Shown here: positions 57,311-64,000 of the stretch, one piece after another
Position numbering within the stretch: position 1 is the first letter of the stretch
Layout of the letters: the number at the start of each line of letters is the position of its first letter
Source: the human T2T-CHM13v2.0 reference genome, Homo sapiens
Length of the DNA: 64,000 nucleotides
Assembly: GCF_009914755.1 (NCBI RefSeq)
Contig: NC_060929.1
Reading direction: 5' to 3' (one strand)
Made by a program: the position numbers and the translations under genes
The notes under the pieces: generated by a model
Databases searched by the model: none
What the model was told of the DNA's origin: nothing
Seen by the model: only the letters and a program-made list of their open reading frames with translations

Positions 57311-58698
57311 AAAACTGCAAATATTCACGTTCTAAAAGTATAAATGATGGAACACAATACAGTGTTGTTGTTTTTTAATAAACAACGTACTTTGGAGATC
57401 ATTCCATTTCATACACATAGATCTACCTCAATTCAAAAAATATATGGTTATATAGTATTCCAAAGTGTGGATGAATTGATTTTATACAACCAGCTCCTAC
57501 TGTCCAACAATTAGCTTCAGACTTCTAATATTTCAATTAGGGCTACAATAAATATTTGCATACCTGTGTGATTGTTTCCATGTGTGAGAATACATCTAAA
57601 ATAAATTCCTAAAAGTAGAATAGCTAGAGTCAAAATGTATGTGCATTTCAATTTTGTTACAGTTTGGAAATTTCCTGTCAAAGAAATGATACTAATTTGT
57701 ACTCTCATGAAACAAAGTGTCTGTTTCCCCATAGAATATACACCAGATGAACATGTCTGCCATCTCCCCAGAGAGGACAAACAGTTGCTTGGTTTGCTGT
57801 CAGAATGCAACGCAAAGGGTGAAGCCACGCACCTCCTCATTCAACAGCATGCAAGGTGATGGAGAAAACCTGCAACTGGGACCCCCCAGTCTTCTCTTCC
57901 TTGAACAGCCTACATCTCCTTGGGTGTTACTGCTCATCCTGTCAAAACCAAAACTTTGCTCTCCTCTGACGGAGCTGAGTTTCCATACAGACAGAGCAAT
58001 CAGGTCCCCATGGAAACCCCAGGCTTGCTGACCCCCAGAGGAAAACGCTATTACTCACAGTGCTGGAGGCAGATTAATGTAGAATAACCATAATGAAAGG
58101 CGTTATCCTCAAAATTGTAGGGCCTTGGGGTTTAAATTCCTTTTTTTTTCCTGCTTAAACTCCCATAATTTGCACATTTGCATCTTTTGAATGGTGCCTT
58201 CACTGGAGATGCTGATTACCACAGCATAAAAGAATCTTGTTGCCCTTTCTGGCATCAGATAGGTGTGCACTGCAGAGACGATCACCACCCCTAAATGTAA
58301 AGTCTGGATGAATATTTATCTCTTATTCTCATGAGAGCCAAGTGGTGCCTTCTCACTCAACACTTGGTCAATTATGTGGCAATCAAACAAAACCATCTTT
58401 AAAAGCACTGATTCCTAGCCCCAGTCTCATTTGGTCCTATTCAACACCAAACACCTGTGACAAGCATCATCGTTACCTCATCAGAAACATTGAGAGGCCT
58501 CTGAATCGTCAACCCTTCATAAATGTTAGAAAAACTTTTAGCCTAACAGAATGATTCTAGACATGGGTATTTAATCATAGCAATCCTTACCATACAGATA
58601 TTTTATTTATAAAGACAAAGATATCTGACATTCTCAATTATTGCTTTTTCTCCAAATATAAAATCTCCCAGGAATTTATGGATATTAAAAAATATCTA

Positions 58699-59166
<468 letters not shown>

Positions 59167-59499
59167 AAGCCTGTGTTTTAACAAATACCCTAAATAGCCT
59201 GTCTTGGGATTTCCTATTGGTATGTGCTTATCTTCTTTTTTAACTCAATTTTGCAGAGGAAAATATGCGCTTACTTTCAAAATGTATATATGGTCATATC
59301 TTTCATGAGAATGGTGGCTCTGGACAAGGCTGATGGTCAGATGGGATAGAGAGGCAGTGTAATATGTAATATGTTCCAGCAAGCATGCTCAAATCCCATT
59401 AGCTTTATGACTTTGCATGACCTGCCTAACCTTAGCTTCCTAATCCCTCTGCATTCTCTAAACCGAAACAATTCTATAGCAGTAGACTCCAGAAAGGTT

Positions 59500-60055
59500 G
59501 CTTGCATTGCAAATGCTTGCATTGCAAACATAGTAGCTTAAAACAATCACCTTACAGAATATCTGTGCTTTTGTAGATCGGGAATTTGGGAACAGTTCAG
59601 CTGGGTGGATCTGGCTTGGAGCCTCACATGAGGTTGCTCTCACATGATGACTAGAGCCGTGGTCATCTCAGATGCGTTTTCTCTCACACATCTGAAGCCT
59701 GGGCTGGGAAGACTCAGCAGCTGGGGGCTGGGAGAGCTGGGGATCCTCAACCTCTCTGTCTCCCTGGGTTCTTTCCAAGTGGTCTCACCAGCACGATGGC
59801 TTCAGAGTAGCTGCACTCTTCATACAGTGGCTCCTGGCTCCAGGGCAACATGTCTAGAAAGACCAGGAGCTGAGTGGAAGCCATACCCTTTTCCATGACC
59901 CAGCCTCGAGCACAGGCCACGTCACATCTGCCTCTGCCACTCATTAGAATTGAGTCCCTAAGGATGGCTTATATAAAATGAGAAAAGAATTAGTCTCTTT
60001 CTTTGATGGGAGGCATATTAAAGAATTTGTGGGCATATTTTAATACTACCACTCT
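59500..60055 (-). mobile_element. MLT1G/H-like LTR
   Basis: TAGTAGCTTAAAACAA..GGAATTTGGGAACAG..CTCACATGAGGTTGC..TCTTTGATGGGAGG. Confidence 0.7.
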
Positions 60056-61847
60056 ATAGAACACAGTATTGCAGCCCTTGAAATGAAGAAGAGTATTTGG
60101 GCTGTGACAAAGAGAGGAAACTGGGAGGGTCCTAAATGTGTTTTTGTGTACCCACGAGTGTGGTGAGTGTGAGGAGGAGAGATAGGGGCTATGGCAGAGT
60201 CTCTAGCATCCCAAAGGACAGTGGAGGGGGATGGCAGTGGGGCCTGTGCCGCCTAAATCCCAGCGGGGCCTCAGAGGACTCAGAGGGTTTCCCCATGAGC
60301 AATGGGCAGGACTGGACATTGCAGTGGCTCCACCCTCATGACCTAATTACCTCTCAAAGGCCACACCTCCTAACACATTACATTGCGGGTTAGGATTCAA
60401 CATATGAATTTGAGGAGAGGGGTGGTGGGGACACATTTAGTCCACAGTGAGGTCCATTAAGCACACTGCAAATTTCGTATTGTAGCTCACAGGGCCAGGA
60501 GTGACTCTAAAGTTTGCTTGGTGGGTCAACTGAAATATGGACCCAGAGGTACGTTAGACTAAATAAAAGTGAAAATGGCGGAATTCCTTTGCCATACTGT
60601 GGAGGAAGGCGCCCAAAACTTAGGGAGATTGGAATGCTGCAGTAAATTCATCATTTCTGACCTGTTCACATTCCCTGGGAGGGCCCAGAGGACATGCTCC
60701 TCATCACGGTTGTGAGAAATAAACTAGTGAGGAAAATCTGGCAACCTTGAAGCTTTCCATGGTGGCTGTCAGAAATTAGCTTGCGAACTTCTGCCACTGA
60801 ACTGAGACTCTAACACAGTGGCGATAATGGGATTTAAGGTGGGAAGGCCCAAGAGGTGGCATTTAATCACAAGACAAGGTGGACATGGTTAGGTAATGGA
60901 CAGAGGAGCCAAGTCAGTCATCAGAGCAACCTGAGTTACAGAGATTTTTGGCATCTGTTGGTTGGTTGTGGCATCCCTAAAACTGAAAGAGATGGTCAAC
61001 ATACTGAAGTCTTACTTGATCTGTATAAACAGACAAGCTCTAGATCTAATGATCAGAGTTCTGGCTTGAAGGATCAAAGCAGAGAATTACGACCCCTCAA
61101 TTAATTCTCAGACTTGAGTTAATTTACAGACCCCACACCCCTTGAATGAAGAGGAGGCTGCATCCCCTTGAGGAATGGCCCTGCTATATTGCAGAGAATA
61201 TATACTGTTAATCTTCCTCCCCAGGCTTCCACAATGGAATCTGTGGCTATTTACACTGGGGAAGGGAAAATAAAAAGACTCAACCAGGATCACTGGACAA
61301 TGGCTGTGAATTGACACTAATGCCTAATGATCCAAAACATTACTGTGGTCCACTGGGTCGGGTAGGGGCTTATGGAGGTCAGGTGATCAACGGAGTTTTG
61401 ACTCATGTCTATCCTGCAGTGTGCCCAGTGCAACCCAGAGGCCATCCTCTGGTTATTTTCCAGCTCTCTGCATAGTTGCTATATACACATTCAGCAACTG
61501 GCAGAACCCCTACATGGGTTCCGTGACTCATGGGGTGAGTTCTATTATGCTGGTAAAGATCAAGTGGAAAGCACCAGAACTGTGTCTACTGATGAAAATA
61601 GCAAACTGTATTCCTAGAGGAGTTGCAGAGATTTGTGTCATCATCATCAAGGACTTGAAAGATGTAAGGACAGTGATTCTTACCGCATTTCCCATTCAAC
61701 TCACCTAGTTGACCTGCATGGAAGATAGATCTTAAAGAATAACAGAGATCTATTTCAAATTTAATCAGGTGGTGATTGTTAATTGCAGCTGCTGTGGTTT
61801 TGTTGCTGAAGCAAATTATCACATTATCTGGCATCTGCTCTGCAGCT

Positions 61848-62159
61848 TTTTTTTTTTTTTTTTTTTTTTGAGATGGAGTCTCACTTTGTCACCCAGGCTG
61901 GAGTGCAGTGGTGTGATCTCGGCTCACTGTAAGCTCCACTTTCCGGGGTTCACACCATTCTCCTGCCTCAGCCTCCCGAGTAGCTGGGACTACAAGCCTA
62001 CAGGTGCCTGTCACCATGCCTGGCTAATTTTTTGTATTTTTAGTAGAGACGGGATTTCACCGTGTTAGACAGGATGGTCTCGATCTCCTGACCTCGTGAT
62101 CCACCCACCTCGGCCTCCCAAAGTGCTGGGATTACAGGCATGAGCCACCATGCCTGGCC
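61848..62159 (-). mobile_element. AluY-like inserted in ERV-L pol
   Basis: TTCACACCATTCTCC, CACCGTGTTAG; TSD TGCTCTGCAGCT (61836-61847 / 62160-62171). Confidence 0.93.
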
Positions 62160-62842
62160 TGCTCTGCAGCTATTGAGTGACATTTTTTTTCTCTATCTAC
62201 TGGCAAAGACCATCAAAGGCAACTTACTTTCAGCTAGCAAAGCCAGAAACACACCTTCATTGTTCTACCTCAGGGGTATATCCACTCTTTACTCCTAACT
62301 TATAATAGTCTTCAGAGATCTTAATTGCCTTTTTCTTCTAGAAGATGCTGGTCCATTACATTGATGCTATTATGCTGATTGAAACTGGTGAGCATGAAGT
62401 AGCAACTGCTTTAGACATATTAGCAACACACCTGAATATACTAGGGTGGAAAACTTCAGGGTCTAGCTATCTTGATGAAATTTCTAGAGATTTAATGGTC
62501 CAGGACTTGTCAAGGCATCCCTTCTAACGTAAAGAACAAGTTGCTGCATCTGGTCCCTCCTATTACTAAAAAGACACAATGCCTAGTGTGCCACTTGGGA
62601 GTTGAAGGCAACATATGTTTCACTTGGGTCCATTTACTGAGTGACCTGAAAAGCTGCCAGTTTTGAATGGGGCCCAGAACAAAAGAGGGTTCTCCAAAAA
62701 ATACAGGCTGCTGTCCCTCCTGCTCTGTCACTTGAACCATATGACCAAGCATATCCCACAGTTCTAAAGTGTTACATAGGGAAGCTGCTTGGAGCCTTTG
62801 GAAGGTCCCTGCAGGTAAATCACAGTGCAGATTCTTAGAAAA

Positions 62843-62972
62843 TTTTTTTTTTTTCCAGAGACTGGGTTTTGTTATGCTTCCCAGGCTGGACTGAAACTCC
62901 TGAGATGAAGCATTTCTCCCATTCAGCCTCCAGAGTAGCTGGGACTACAGGCATGAGCCATGATACCCTGCT
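62843..62972 (-). mobile_element. Alu monomer (FRAM/FLAM-type)
   Basis: Single arm; flanking AGATTCTTAG / AGATCCTTAG. Confidence 0.75.
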
Positions 62973-63697
62973 AGATCCTTAGTATTTTTGAGCAAAGACC
63001 TGCTATCTTCTGTGAATAACTATTCTCCTTTTGGGAAGCAGCTTTTGGATTGTTACTAGACCTTAGCAGAGACTAAACACTGATCATGTTACCAAGTGAT
63101 CTGAGCTGCCCATCACAAACAGGGTACTGTCTGACCCACCAAGTCATAAAGTTGGAGGTACAAAGCAGGATGTCAGCCTCAAGCGGAAATGGTGTATGTC
63201 ACGTCAAGCATAAGCAGGTCATGAAGTTACAAAGAAGTCGCATGAGGAAGTGGCCCAGATTCTCACAACCCCTACTCCTGTTACATTGTCTTCTCCCTCC
63301 AACCTGCATCTATGGCCCCATAGTGAGTTCCCTGTGTCCGTTTGACTGAGAAAGAAAACGCTTATTCTTGGCTTATGCATGGCTTACATGATACACAGGA
63401 ATCATGCAACATTGGAGAGGTGCAATGCTGCATCTCCACTCTGAGATGGATCTGAGGAGCACTGGTGAAGAGAAATCCTCCCAGTGGGTAGAACTTTGAA
63501 CAATGCATCTGATTGTTCCTTTCACATGGAAGAACACATGGCAGAAGACATGGGTCTATATTGATCACGGGTTGTGGCTAAAACTTTGGTGACATAATCA
63601 ATGACTTAGAACCAAATGGATAACTTCTCTGGTGACAGAGAAGTCTGGGAAAGAAATATGTGAATGGACTTGTAATGGGCACAGAATGTAACAATAT

Positions 63698-64000
63698 TGT
63701 GTTAGCCAATTTTTATTGCTATAAAGGATACCCGAGACTGGGTAATTTTTAAAGAAAAGAAGTTTAAGTTTTGGGTTATGGTTTTGCAGTCTTTACAGGA
63801 AACATGCTGCCTGGTCTGCTTGGCTTCTGGTGAAGCCCAGGGAGCTTTTGTTCATGGCAGAAGGCAAAGCAGGAGCAGGCTGTTACATGACAAGAGAGGA
63901 GGCAAGGGGCAAGAAGGTGCCAGGCTCTTTAAACAACCAGCTCTCACATGAACTCACAGAGTGAGAATCAGAGCAAGAACTCACTTATTACCATGAGAAG
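63698..64000 (-). mobile_element. MSTA/B-like LTR, runs off the window
   Basis: TGTGTTAG..ATTGCTATAAAGGATACCCGAGACTGGGTAATTT..CATGGCAGAAGGCAAAG..TTTAAACAACCAGCTCTC. Confidence 0.85.

Larger units (their letters stand above)
60450..63697 (+). pseudogene. Decayed ERV-L internal region (gag C-terminus, protease, RT, RNase H remnants)
   Basis: Translated fragments resemble ERV-L: RDFWHLLVGCGIPKTERD..LLDLYKQ (gag); DNGCELTLMP near 61297 (protease DTG site decayed); WQNPYMGS..KWKAPEL..IPRGVAEI..KDLKD; LVHYIDAIML (RT YIDD decayed); GEEKSSQWVEL near 63465 (RNase H). Many stops and frameshifts. Confidence 0.88.

Noticed and set aside
59500-59528. GCTTGCATTGCAAA tandem duplication
   Set aside because: Simple slippage duplication at an LTR edge; no further structure

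Overview
Primate (human-like) non-coding genomic DNA, intergenic or deep-intronic. I find no credible protein-coding exon, tRNA, rRNA or CRISPR array, and the ORF track is almost entirely repeat-derived noise. Most of the window is interspersed repeat: about 16 Alus plus two monomers, MIR, L2, old L1 pieces, MaLR LTRs (MLT1/MST/THE1, including a two-LTR THE1 provirus), MLT2/MER21/ERV1-type LTRs, hAT and Tigger DNA-transposon fossils, and a decayed ERV-L gag-pro-pol region at the right end. Several multi-layer insertion nests can be resolved by their target-site duplications (TSDs). The few unique stretches include a small CpG-rich promoter/enhancer-like element near 1.0-1.3 kb. I cannot support a novel gene system here. 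The most unusual signals are structural: a 45-bp templated insertion flanked by a 12-bp duplication, an Alu whose tail is replaced by an 82-bp perfect microsatellite palindrome plus an 18-bp inverted duplication, an inverted pair of closely similar MER21 LTRs, and an L1 that keeps both ends but lacks most of ORF2. Repeat subfamily names come from recalled consensus sequences, not a database search. Boundaries without TSD support are approximate.
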